The position numbers and the translations under genes are program-made. The notes beneath the pieces were generated by a model. That model was not told the DNA's origin. It was given only the letters and a program-made list of their open reading frames with translations, and made no database searches. Of a stretch of DNA of 64,000 bases, positions 30,248 through 40,220 are shown piece after piece. Origin of the DNA: Candidatus Latescibacterota bacterium (GTDB lineage: Bacteria > Latescibacterota > UBA2968 > GCA-2709665); the NCBI GenBank assembly GCA_965208835.1, contig OZ242358.1:192001-256000 (forward strand), in the 5' to 3' direction. The number at the start of each line of letters is the position of its first letter. Position 1 is the first letter of the stretch.

Positions 30248-30540
30248 GCCCATATCTTGTATTCGCGTTTCTATTAAAGAAAACCTGGCCAAATCATCGA
30301 ACTGGGAAAGAGAAGTGTGACAGCCACCATACTTGATATTTATGGATCGGCTTTCAAGATCACACCCAACGAAATTCCGGAAATCGACCTTGCCGATTGA
30401 AGTCCTGCCCAGGTTTCAGGATTAACTGCACCCACAACTTTAATACTCAGCCAACCAAAAAGAGAAGAGGATCTCACAAGACAAATCACCATTTATGAAA
30501 ACGGTGATTAGAGAATTTTCAGACAACAGTTCTATCATGA

Positions 30541-30576
30541 CAAACCCGGAGAGTCTTCAGACACTCCGGGTTTTGA
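30541..30576. terminator. Strong hairpin, probable intrinsic terminator or attenuator
   Basis: CAAACCCGGAGAGTC-TTCA-GACACTCCGGGTTTTG. Confidence 0.6.
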
Positions 30577-30627
30577 TCGCTCCGGCCAATCGTTCGCAAA
30601 TTTGACTTCAAAATAACTCCACAATTG

Positions 30628-30652
30628 ACCCGGCAGGTCTTCTGGCTCCTCT
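30628..30652 (-). ncRNA. Cobalamin-riboswitch B12-box-like remnant
   Basis: Minus strand GAGCCAGAAGACCTGCC (30648-30632) matches the conserved 3' B12 box; upstream core motifs were not recognisable. Confidence 0.3.
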
Positions 30653-30887
30653 AGTAATCGAGATAGCCGGCTATTCGGGCGTTTCCGCTCTCGCATCCGG
30701 ATTTATTGAACCCACCCGGCCTGGTGTGTGTCTTTGTACCGTGAGAGGCTGAATCTGGTGCTCGGTTTGGGCGCAATCGCGCATGGGTCACGCTTTGTTC
30801 CCAATGTCATCGCAAAAGGTATGGAGTCGCGCAGGAGTTCAGACAGCCCGGTGGCTATCTTGTGGAGTACGAAAGTGAGGGTTCCAT

Positions 30888-33404
30888 ATGAACGGGTTCA
30901 AGCACTATTTGATTGCATCGATCACGATTGTCGTTTGTTTGGGCGAAGGTCCGGCCGAAGGATCGACTGCAAAGGACATCTCACGGGTCGATAGCACGTA
31001 TAAATCAGGGCTGGCCTATCTCGAATCCGGGAAATATGAGAATGCCGAGAGGTGTTTTCAGGCGGCACTGGAGTTCAACTCGAAACATGCGCCTTCTTAC
31101 GTCGGGTTGGGTCATGTCTATTTGAAGAGAGATGAACTGGGGCTCGCTGAAGAGTCTTTCCGAGAGGCTCTCCGAAAGCGGAAGAACTACCCTCCAGCCC
31201 TGAACGGACTGGGTCTCGTGTTCCGCAATACAGAGAAAATGTTGGATTGGGCAATCAAGTATTTTCGAAGTGCGTACCAGGCGGACCGAGGGTACGTGGA
31301 AGCGTACTATAACCTGGCCCAAACGTATCATGAGATTGGCAATTCAAAGGCACTGGATACGTATAAGAAACTGGTTAAGATGGTCCCGGATCATTCGGAT
31401 GCGTGGTTCCAGATTGGGAAAATTTACAAGAATAGAGGCGTGGGTCGGGCTCAAAATTCCCACGAAGCCGAGATAGCATTTCGGAGACAACTGCGAATTG
31501 ATCGACACCATTCAGGGGCGAAATTACAACTTGGTCAGGTGTTGAAAGAAGCAGGACGCACGGATGAAGCATTTGCGATGTTCAAGGCAGTCGTGGATAC
31601 GCCCAATGCCTATCAGCGGCGCGCGTTCCTGGAACTGGCGGAGATGTATCAGGGTGCGCGGGACCACGATCTGTTTGATGCGATACTGGATGCTTACCTG
31701 GAGGGTCTGCCACTCAGCGAGCAGGCACTATACTACGATCTAAGCCTGGTGGTTGTCAGGGACGAACTGTCCCGCTTCCAGGCGACGCCGGATGAAGAGC
31801 GCAAGGCGCAGTCTGAAAATTTCTGGGCGACTCGGGATCCTGCGCCGGTGACGGCGGCCAACGAACGGTGGATAGAGCACTGCCGCCGGGTGGCGTATGC
31901 ACGGGAGCATTTTAGCGAGTACGAATTCCCCTGGGACGTACGTGGGGAGGTGTATGTACGTTATGGAAGGCCCGATCACATCAGTGCGTCGGAGAACATC
32001 CGATTTGAGACGGACCCAAAGGTTCTTGCAGTTAAGGACCGGCTGATGAGCCAGGCTGGCGAAGCCTTGTCTCACCTCCTTCTGAGCCGGCGCATGGTCA
32101 GCTTCTATAGGTCGATGAGTGGATCAGTAGAGAAGGGTATGGACGACCGGAAGACACTATCTACAATTCTTGGTTACCCGGTATACCCCGTTCGAGGCGC
32201 CTGGGAATACTGGATTTACTCGAAAGTCGATGGTGGCGTGGAAGTGACTTTTGTACAGGAACACGGGCCAGGCCCGGGCCCCTACAAGTACGCAGAGGTG
32301 CCGCATGCGGGCTCCGCTATCTGGGTGGACGAGATCACAGGGCGAAACCCCGGCACCACCTTGTTGACTGACGGGCTAATGGATGAAATCCCTGATGCTT
32401 GGATCGATACTTCGATAGATACTTCGATGTCGACTGACGAGCCAAAGGATGAAATCCTTCATCCTTCGAACGATACTTCGATCAAGTCAAATTTGATATG
32501 GCAGCGAATGAACCCCGGTCTGGTGATGCATCGCGTGGCCCACAAGACGCCTGAGAATTACGAGCAGGATTTCGCGACTGCCCCCCTCGATTTCTTCTAT
32601 GACTCGGCTCGATTCAAGGCAGATGACCGTTCGGTGAAACTGGAGGTGTACTATGGTATTCCCACGCCTGACCTTGACTACAGAGAAGGACCCGACGGAA
32701 GGCTGACGGCATACGTGAAGCGGGGGCTGGCGCTGTACGACGAGGCTGACGAGCTGGTATATCGGTCGAGCGAGGATATGGAGCTGTACACGTCGGGACC
32801 GATCGATACCACCCAGATCGCATTTGTGCCGGCAATGGACCGTATTACCGCGGCGCCCGGTACCTATCGACTGTCCGTGCAGATTCTGGACGCGTCTTCG
32901 GATAAGTCCCAGGTCTACAACCGCGAAGTGGTTCTACATCCATATGGCGATGACTCGCTGAGGGTGAGTGATATCGAGATGGCGTCTTTGATCCGTCCAG
33001 GCCATGGCAGCAAATTCACAAAGGGTGAGATCGAGGTGGTACCCAATCCGAGCTTGTTCTATTTCGCGGGGCAGCCGGTGTTTGTCTATTACGAGGTGTA
33101 CAATCTGAAGAGAGATGAATTCGGTGCGACAAAGTACCGGGTATCGTACGAACTGCATTCGCTGAATAAGGGTAATCTGGCGGTCAGGGTGTTGAAGGCG
33201 CTTGGCAGGTTGGTCGGCATCGACAGAAAGGCTGAGGTCGTGACCGTGGAGTACGCGCACGAGGGAGACAAAGCCGATGAGTACGGATACCTGGAACTGG
33301 ACATGTCGAAAACCGATCCGGGGCATCAGTTGTTGATCGTCAAGGTTTTCGATGAACTTGCAGGTAGCCAGAAGTCCTCGGCGGTTTCGTTTGCAATTCG
33401 ATAA
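30888..33404 (+). CDS. Secreted TPR + GWxTD-domain protein (paralog 1)
   Basis: Signal-like N-terminus, TPR repeats, FW..RDP.P.T..NER..EH.RRVAYA, PWDVRGEVYVRYGRPD, WEYWIY, C-terminal beta-rich VYYEVYNL domain. Confidence 0.85.
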   Translation: MNGFKHYLIASITIVVCLGEGPAEGSTAKDISRVDSTYKSGLAYLESGKYENAERCFQAALEFNSKHAPSYVGLGHVYLKRDELGLAEESFREALRKRKNYPPALNGLGLVFRNTEKMLDWAIKYFRSAYQADRGYVEAYYNLAQTYHEIGNSKALDTYKKLVKMVPDHSDAWFQIGKIYKNRGVGRAQNSHEAEIAFRRQLRIDRHHSGAKLQLGQVLKEAGRTDEAFAMFKAVVDTPNAYQRRAFLELAEMYQGARDHDLFDAILDAYLEGLPLSEQALYYDLSLVVVRDELSRFQATPDEERKAQSENFWATRDPAPVTAANERWIEHCRRVAYAREHFSEYEFPWDVRGEVYVRYGRPDHISASENIRFETDPKVLAVKDRLMSQAGEALSHLLLSRRMVSFYRSMSGSVEKGMDDRKTLSTILGYPVYPVRGAWEYWIYSKVDGGVEVTFVQEHGPGPGPYKYAEVPHAGSAIWVDEITGRNPGTTLLTDGLMDEIPDAWIDTSIDTSMSTDEPKDEILHPSNDTSIKSNLIWQRMNPGLVMHRVAHKTPENYEQDFATAPLDFFYDSARFKADDRSVKLEVYYGIPTPDLDYREGPDGRLTAYVKRGLALYDEADELVYRSSEDMELYTSGPIDTTQIAFVPAMDRITAAPGTYRLSVQILDASSDKSQVYNREVVLHPYGDDSLRVSDIEMASLIRPGHGSKFTKGEIEVVPNPSLFYFAGQPVFVYYEVYNLKRDEFGATKYRVSYELHSLNKGNLAVRVLKALGRLVGIDRKAEVVTVEYAHEGDKADEYGYLELDMSKTDPGHQLLIVKVFDELAGSQKSSAVSFAIR

Positions 33405-33503
33405 AACGAGTCCAAAGGCATATTGCTTACTTCGAGAGGCATCGGAATGCAAAGACCGATAGATCGAGGACTGAATTTGCCCTTACGTCTATCAGGCATA
33501 TAG

Positions 33504-36029
33504 GTGGACGTTATGCGTTATCCATTCCTGAAGGTGATCTTGATGATGCAAGCCTTGGCATGGCAGCCGACTTTTCTGATCGCTGCCGTACTGACACTAC
33601 CCATCGCTTCGACGGACGCTCAATCCCGGGAGAACGCCAGCAAAAGTGACTCCCTTTATCAAATGGGAATGCAACTGTCAGAACAAGATTCGTTGGCCGC
33701 GGCGGTCGGGCAATTTCAGGCTGTAATAAAGTTGAACAAGAAACACGCCCCCGCGTTCGTGGGATTGGGCCATGTCTATCTGAAACGAGGTAACCTGAAG
33801 GATGCCGAGAAAGCCTTTCGAAAGGCTCTACGCAAACAGAAGGACTACCCGCCAGCTCTGAACGGATTGGGTCTGGTATTTCGGAATTCCGACAAAACGC
33901 TGGATTGGGCAATTGGATATTTCCGCAGTGCCTATCAGGCTGACCGCAGTTACGTGGAAGCGTACTACAACCTGGCCCAAACGTACCGTGAGATTGGCAA
34001 TACAAGGGAACTGGACGCGTACAAGAAACTGGTTAAGGTGGACCCGGATCATTCCGATGCATGGTTCCAGATTGGGAGAATTTACAAGAATAGAGGCGTG
34101 GGTCGGGCTCAAAATTTCCACGAAGCCGAAATAGCATTTCGGAGACAGCTACGAATTAATCGACACCACTTAGGGGCGAAATTACAACTTGGGCAGGTGT
34201 TGAAAGAAGCAGGACGCACGGATGAAGCATTTGCGATGCTCAAGGAAGTCGTGGATACGCCGAATGCCTATCAGCGGCGCGCGTTCCTGGAACTTGCGGA
34301 GATGTATCAGCGTGCGCGGAACGACGATCCGTTTGATGCGCAACTGGATGCGTACCTGGAAGGTCTGCCACCCAGCGAGCAGGCACTATACTACGATCTA
34401 AGCCTGGTGGTAATCAGGGATGAACTGTCCCGCTTCAAGGCGACGCCAGATGAAGAGCGCAAGGCGCAGTCTGAAAACTTCTGGGCGATTCGGGACCCCG
34501 CGCCGGTGACAGCGGCCAACGAAAGGTGGATAGAGCACTGCCGCCGGGTGGCGTATGCACGGGAGAATTTCGGCAAAGTCGTATTTCCGTGGGATGATCG
34601 TGGAGACGTGTACGTGCGCTATGGCGAGCCGGATCATACGAGTCGTTCGGATGACATTCGTTTCGAAACGGAGGCCAGAGTCCTGGAGGTAAAGGAACGG
34701 CTTGTCAACAGGGCGGGTTTGGGGATTGTCGGCTTAATTAAAAGCAGAGATGTGCAGTTGAATGAATATGGCGTAAGCTTGGATCCACGCGAAAGAGCTG
34801 TTAAGCCCCTCGGACCCATTGGTTCAATTCTTAGAGAACTCAGCGAGACAGGGGGCAATCGTACAACCGAATCCGAAAAGGACGGAGCACGGAAGGGTTC
34901 GATTGGTGTCGGCGTGTCGCGTAACGTGGTCAGCGCGATGAAGTCGGCTACCGTTTTGGGATGGCCTGTCTATCCCGTCACCGGCAAGATTTGGGAATAT
35001 TGGATTTATACAAATGTGGGTCCCGGGATCGAGATTACGTTTACGCAACCGTTTTTTCCCGGACCATTCGGCTATGCGGATATGCCACTGGGTATTGGGA
35101 CTGACAGTGACGTCGTGCGGAATTGGCAACAGATGAACCCGCATGTCGTCATTGACCGGGCTATCGCGTCAACACCTTCAACCTACAGCCCGGATTTTGC
35201 GTCAGAACCCATGGAGTTCTACTTCGATTCGGCGCAGTTCAAGGGGCCGGACGGTCGTACGGATATAGAGATCTATTATGGCGTTCCTGTCTCGGAAATG
35301 AAATTCCTGGAATCACAAGGTGGAGATCCCGCTGCGTTCCTCAAGCGTGGTGTCGCACTTGTGGACCGGGAACATGGGCAAGTTTATCGAGACGTTGAAG
35401 AAATGGCCTATTACTCAAAGGGAGTTTTAGATAGCACTAAAATTGCGTTCGTTCCGGAGCTTGACCGGCTCTCCTTGCCGCCGGGTAAATACCAGATGAG
35501 TGTGCAAATCAGAGACGAGTCTTCCCACAAGTCGCAGGTTTACAAACAACAGGTGACGCTCTCATCGTATGAGGGTGAGGGTCTGCGGTTGAGCGACATT
35601 CAAATGGCGGCATCTATTCGCCCAAATATTGGAGTCAAATTCGCCAAGCGCGGATTGGAAGTCGTACCCAATCCCAGCCTGGCCTATCTGCCCGGGCAGC
35701 CCGTGTTTGTTTTTTACGAGGTGTACAACCTTAAAAAGGATGAATTCGGAGGCACGAAGTATCGAGTATCGTACAAACTCCATTCCACGGAGCAGGGGAA
35801 TCTGGCCGTCAGGGTGCTGAAAGCACTTGGACGGATGGTCGGAAAACAGGAGAAAGCTCGGACAGTTATTATTGAATATGAGCATGTTGGCAACCAAGCC
35901 AACGATTATGTATATCTGGAACTGGATATGTCCAATACGAAGCCCGGAAGGCAGCTGCTGACAGTTACTGTAAAGGATGAGAATTCCAGCCAAACATCGG
36001 CCTCTTCTGCGACGTTCACGATCCGATGA
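33504..36029 (+). CDS. Secreted TPR + GWxTD-domain protein (paralog 2)
   Basis: Same architecture; PWDDRGDVYVRYGEPD; TPR region near-identical to paralog 1; start codon uncertain. Confidence 0.85.
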   Translation: MDVMRYPFLKVILMMQALAWQPTFLIAAVLTLPIASTDAQSRENASKSDSLYQMGMQLSEQDSLAAAVGQFQAVIKLNKKHAPAFVGLGHVYLKRGNLKDAEKAFRKALRKQKDYPPALNGLGLVFRNSDKTLDWAIGYFRSAYQADRSYVEAYYNLAQTYREIGNTRELDAYKKLVKVDPDHSDAWFQIGRIYKNRGVGRAQNFHEAEIAFRRQLRINRHHLGAKLQLGQVLKEAGRTDEAFAMLKEVVDTPNAYQRRAFLELAEMYQRARNDDPFDAQLDAYLEGLPPSEQALYYDLSLVVIRDELSRFKATPDEERKAQSENFWAIRDPAPVTAANERWIEHCRRVAYARENFGKVVFPWDDRGDVYVRYGEPDHTSRSDDIRFETEARVLEVKERLVNRAGLGIVGLIKSRDVQLNEYGVSLDPRERAVKPLGPIGSILRELSETGGNRTTESEKDGARKGSIGVGVSRNVVSAMKSATVLGWPVYPVTGKIWEYWIYTNVGPGIEITFTQPFFPGPFGYADMPLGIGTDSDVVRNWQQMNPHVVIDRAIASTPSTYSPDFASEPMEFYFDSAQFKGPDGRTDIEIYYGVPVSEMKFLESQGGDPAAFLKRGVALVDREHGQVYRDVEEMAYYSKGVLDSTKIAFVPELDRLSLPPGKYQMSVQIRDESSHKSQVYKQQVTLSSYEGEGLRLSDIQMAASIRPNIGVKFAKRGLEVVPNPSLAYLPGQPVFVFYEVYNLKKDEFGGTKYRVSYKLHSTEQGNLAVRVLKALGRMVGKQEKARTVIIEYEHVGNQANDYVYLELDMSNTKPGRQLLTVTVKDENSSQTSASSATFTIR

Positions 36030-36101
36030 TGATATGCTTCGAATATATCGATTTAACAGAAGGAATTATACCCAAGTTGGCTATTCACGGTACCGTATTA
36101 C

Positions 36102-38651
36102 GTGACTGCGGGATCTGATCACAATCGACCGGACAATTGCTTCGGGCATCGTGCGCGCCTGTTGCGACGGCCGACAGTATCAAAATTCCACGCTGCGGAG
36201 TTCATGGGGCTTGTAGTGCCGAACTTGCGAATTATCGATAGGCTCAAACGCCGCACAAGGTTGACTACAATGGCCTTTGTGTTCCTTTGTCTGGGAATCT
36301 GTCTCGTCGCGCCGGTCGCCTCTGGGGAGAAGCAGATCGCTGAGGATCTCTTTGAAACGGCGATGGAGCAGGTCGGTCGTGTTTCCGCTAAAAAGAGTAT
36401 CAAAGCCCTCCAGCGAGTATTGAGGGCGGACCCGGACTTCGCACGAGCCCATTACGAAATCGCGAAGCTGTATATGTCCCTCGACACGTCGATGGATCGC
36501 TATGTTGCAATGAAGGCGGTTAATACGGCCATTCGTCTGAACAAAGACAATGTCGCCTACCGTGTATTAAAGGCGGATATTCTGTGGACGCAGGGATTTT
36601 GGCACAATGCCGTAGCCGAGTACAAGAATGTCCTGAAACTGGATCCTGAAAACGCGAACGCAGCCTATATGATCGGCCACCATGGCGTCAAGGACTTTCT
36701 GAAAAATTACGATATGTCCATGATGAACATGGTATCCGGATTCAGTCGGAGAGAACATACACGTACCAGACATTCGTGGAGAGATTTCGGCATTGAGGAA
36801 CTGGATGAAGCCGTCACGTATCTGAAGACCTGCATTGAAGCAGATCCCATGTTCAAGGATGCGTATTTCCAGCTCGGGCTTGCCTGCCTGGAGACAAACC
36901 GGCCGGTCGAATTGATCCGGGTGGCAAACCTGCTTTTGGAGCGCGTCCCTGATGACAAGGATGCGTTGCTCTTCTGCGGGCTTGGATACCAGAGATTGGG
37001 CGAAGAAGCGCTGGCGAATGAGTTCTATTCCCGGGCGCTGCATAGAATGTCGCCGGATGAGCGGGCGATGATGGAATCCGTAGACAGTATTGTGCCGGAT
37101 GATGGCCGCGCAAAGTTCGAAGGCGTACCCGGCGGGACCGAGGCAGGCCGAGACGAGATTCAACCCTGGGTGGATAGCGTCGAGCGGGTCCGGTTCTGGC
37201 GGCGGCAGGATCCGCTGTTCCTGACGGAATTCAATGAACGCCGCACGGAACACTACGGCCGGGTAGCCTATGCAAATCTGAGGTTCAGCCGGCCCTCGAA
37301 GGGCATTGCCGGTTGGCGGACGGATATGGGACGAGTCTATATCAAGCTGGGAAGATATCTCCACCGGCGAATGCAGCGGCCGGAAACAGGTTCGGTCATT
37401 GCAATAGACAGGCCCAGCACGTTTGGCAGATACCTGCCGGGACGGAGGATAGCCTGGAGGCTGCAAATGCAGAAAGAGACGTGGTTCTACGAGGGATTTC
37501 GGGTCGACTTTCAGATATCCGATGGCTTCCACGGCTTCTCTCCGTCTCGTCTGCCTGATCGAACGCGGTATGTCGATCCCTATGGTCCAAGGAAATACAG
37601 CGTGCCCCACCAGGTCGCGAGCTTCAGGGACGGGGACAGTCTTCGCGTGGAGCTGGCGTATGCGCTGCCGAGATTCAATCTGGCCGTATCGGATTCGGAC
37701 AGGAGCATTGGCCTGGAGAATGGTGTCTTTCTCTTCAGTGAGCAATGGGACGAGGTTTATCGGAAGCGTTCGGATCTCAAACTGCGGTGGCCCGAGATAT
37801 CCCCGAGCGGATTTCCCGCTGCGGACAGCCTGCGAAAGAGCCATCTGGTATTTCAGATCGCATTCGGGCTGTCCCCTGGCGCTTACAATCTGGTGGGTGA
37901 GGTGCGGGACCGGAAGCGGGGGTCAATCGGGACCTTCCGGCAGCGCCGCGAGTTCGTGCCGGTGGACGCTTCGCTGTCTATGAGCGATCTGCTGCTGGCG
38001 GCGCAGATTGAAACGCGAACGGCGTTTCCGGAGGGGCGGTCGGACCTGGACATTGTGGCAAATCCACTGCGGACCTACCACCGGTCCGAACCCGCGTTCA
38101 TCTACCTGGAGGTGTATAACCTCGAGCGGGACGAATTCGGCCGTTCGGAGTATCAGATTGCTTATCGAATAGGACAGCCGGCGAGGAAGAAGGTCGATCC
38201 GTACCTGTTCCTTGCGCAGCGGTTGCCCGAGGGCGGGAGGCGATTGGAGGTCACGCGTGATATCAGGACTATTGACACAGGCATACGCCGGCCGGAGCGA
38301 GTGGCCGAGGAGGAAGATGAGCCGCAAGAGGATTTGCCGGTCACGACGCCAATAGTAGTCCCGGACTATTTCGACGCGCAAAAGAGGGATGAGATCACGT
38401 ATCGGGCAAGGTTTGTGTTTCCGGATGAGGATAAAATCGCCAGCCGGATCAAGAAGATGGGCAGAAGCAAGGAGGGCGTGGAGACGACGATCACGGCCCG
38501 GTACGAGGGCAACCGGGAGGACGACTTCACGTATCTGCAGATCGACCTGACCCACGTGCCTGCCGGCGTACACCGCCTGTCGATTCGCGTCAGGGACATG
38601 CATAGTGATCAGGTAGTCTCACGCGATACGTTGTTTCGCGTGATTGATTGA
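36102..38651 (+). CDS. Secreted TPR + GWxTD-domain protein (paralog 3, canonical motif)
   Basis: FWRRQDP...NERRTEHYGRVAYANLRF...GWRTDMGRVYIKLG; true start probably downstream (for example ATG 36270, before a hydrophobic signal). Confidence 0.87.
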   Translation: MTAGSDHNRPDNCFGHRARLLRRPTVSKFHAAEFMGLVVPNLRIIDRLKRRTRLTTMAFVFLCLGICLVAPVASGEKQIAEDLFETAMEQVGRVSAKKSIKALQRVLRADPDFARAHYEIAKLYMSLDTSMDRYVAMKAVNTAIRLNKDNVAYRVLKADILWTQGFWHNAVAEYKNVLKLDPENANAAYMIGHHGVKDFLKNYDMSMMNMVSGFSRREHTRTRHSWRDFGIEELDEAVTYLKTCIEADPMFKDAYFQLGLACLETNRPVELIRVANLLLERVPDDKDALLFCGLGYQRLGEEALANEFYSRALHRMSPDERAMMESVDSIVPDDGRAKFEGVPGGTEAGRDEIQPWVDSVERVRFWRRQDPLFLTEFNERRTEHYGRVAYANLRFSRPSKGIAGWRTDMGRVYIKLGRYLHRRMQRPETGSVIAIDRPSTFGRYLPGRRIAWRLQMQKETWFYEGFRVDFQISDGFHGFSPSRLPDRTRYVDPYGPRKYSVPHQVASFRDGDSLRVELAYALPRFNLAVSDSDRSIGLENGVFLFSEQWDEVYRKRSDLKLRWPEISPSGFPAADSLRKSHLVFQIAFGLSPGAYNLVGEVRDRKRGSIGTFRQRREFVPVDASLSMSDLLLAAQIETRTAFPEGRSDLDIVANPLRTYHRSEPAFIYLEVYNLERDEFGRSEYQIAYRIGQPARKKVDPYLFLAQRLPEGGRRLEVTRDIRTIDTGIRRPERVAEEEDEPQEDLPVTTPIVVPDYFDAQKRDEITYRARFVFPDEDKIASRIKKMGRSKEGVETTITARYEGNREDDFTYLQIDLTHVPAGVHRLSIRVRDMHSDQVVSRDTLFRVID

Positions 38652-38812
38652 ATATCCACATCGTCCCTCGATGTCGAGATACCTGGGTTGCTCGAAGTCC
38701 GAGGGCAGGGATGCCCTCGCTCCGGATACTGGTGGATGATGTCGTGATAGAGAGAAGATTGCCTTCGGTCGCCGGGCTCGTGTCGAATTCGGAATGAGTG
38801 GAGGATCGCAAT

Positions 38813-39901
38813 ATGCCAGCCAAACCATTGACATTGATCGTTCTCTTTCTGTGTTTCCCGGCATGCGGATCAGATTCGCCGGCGTCGTCAGATCCATCCG
38901 GCGAGTCTGAGGTGTTCAAAGTCATTGGGACCATGACCACGACCCGGTTTTTTCACACGTCGACGTTGCTGAACGACGGGCGGGTGCTGATCACGGGCGG
39001 CTATGAAACGGACCATCCGGGTCATTCGTCCCCTGAGTTCAGGCACGCTACGGCGGAGTTGTTCGATCCGGTTAAGGGGACCTCGGTGGCAACGGGTGAT
39101 ATGTCGCAGTCACGCTCACAGCACAGGGCAATCCCCTTGCTGGATGGTCGGGTCATCATCAAAGGTAACGATCTCTATCCCCCGGACATCTACGACCCGA
39201 AATCCGGAAAATTCGCGATCATGGCGGACGCGGCCGAATTCGGACGAAGTGTCGCTACGACGATTCTTTCGACGGGAGACATTTTCGTGTCCGATAAAGG
39301 GGGCAACGCGGGCATTCTCGATCAGAATACCTGGGAGTTCACTTCATCTGACAGGATGATCGCCCCCAGAACGAACCATTCGGCCACGCTTCTGCGAGAT
39401 GGCCGCATTCTCATCGCCGGCGGGATGAATGATGTCGGCATGGTCGAGAGATCCGAAATTTACGATCCCACAACCCATTCCTTTGCAGAAGCTGGCGGTT
39501 TGAACGACGAACGATGGGGACACGAGGCATTTCTTCTCCAGGACGGCAGGGTATTGGTCATAGGCGGGCGCCGGGGCATAATCGAAGTGGAAGACGTGCG
39601 GAATGTAACGACGGCCGAGATGTTCGATCCGGTAACAGGCGTGTTTGCGCCGTCGGGCGACACGGGACTATCGTCCATCGATTCCGCCTACCTGCTGCCC
39701 ACCGGAAAGGTGTTCCTTCTGTCTGGCAGAGACGTCGCGATTTACGATCCATCCACAGGCACTGCCAACCGTACGGGACACAGCATCGGCCAGAATCGAT
39801 TGCTGTACACCATAACGCCTCTCAAAGACGGTCGGATCATGGTTTCGGGAGGCCTGAAGGATCTTCTTTCGACGGATGAAGTGTTGGTGTACAGGCCATA
39901 G
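38813..39901 (+). CDS. Kelch-repeat beta-propeller lipoprotein (kelch 1)
   Basis: ATG 38813 after GGAGG; lipobox FPA-C-GSD; repeated R..H.ATLL.DGRVLI.GG and AE.FDP motifs. Confidence 0.88.
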   Translation: MPAKPLTLIVLFLCFPACGSDSPASSDPSGESEVFKVIGTMTTTRFFHTSTLLNDGRVLITGGYETDHPGHSSPEFRHATAELFDPVKGTSVATGDMSQSRSQHRAIPLLDGRVIIKGNDLYPPDIYDPKSGKFAIMADAAEFGRSVATTILSTGDIFVSDKGGNAGILDQNTWEFTSSDRMIAPRTNHSATLLRDGRILIAGGMNDVGMVERSEIYDPTTHSFAEAGGLNDERWGHEAFLLQDGRVLVIGGRRGIIEVEDVRNVTTAEMFDPVTGVFAPSGDTGLSSIDSAYLLPTGKVFLLSGRDVAIYDPSTGTANRTGHSIGQNRLLYTITPLKDGRIMVSGGLKDLLSTDEVLVYRP

Positions 39902-39939
39902 CGTGTCAATGTTCTGTGCTGCCGGAGGAGGGGGTCGAA

Positions 39940-40085
39940 AAAAGGCGGTTAGACGGGAGCCGGTAGACGGGAGAAGAGGCCCTTGCCGATTTGTTCCTCC
40001 GACTTGCCTGCGGCATGAGAAGAAACCCGTTACGGCGTCCGATCTCTACCCTCTTTCGTCTCCCCTCTCCCCGATTCTCAGGGGC
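39940..40085. repeat. Inverted partial copy of the heptamer-containing element
   Basis: Reverse complement of about 63140-63260 (CCCTTGCCGATTTGTTCCTCCGACTTGCCTGCGGCA); its first ~20 bp recur after kelch 2 at about 50920-50939. Confidence 0.75.
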
Positions 40086-40220
40086 CGGGGGAGGGGTCGC
40101 CATCCCCAAAGCGCTTGCACTGCCGGTTGAAACTGCATAACATGCTGGATCGGAACGGGGTACGATGACGAAGGGGAACGATAGCAGACACGACGTTTCG
40201 GTTCGTATGAGGTTGATGAC

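Larger units (their letters stand above)
27712..30267 (-). mobile_element. IS1595-family insertion sequence with passenger gene (2556 bp)
   Basis: Perfect 22-bp terminal inverted repeats CGCGAATACAAGATATGGGCTT (27712-27733) and AAGCCCATATCTTGTATTCGCG (30246-30267) enclose a transposase and a methyltransferase. Confidence 0.93.

Noticed and set aside
30268-30320. Continuation of the interrupted permease to the right of the IS
   Set aside because: None of the frames I read resembles the permease C-terminus.
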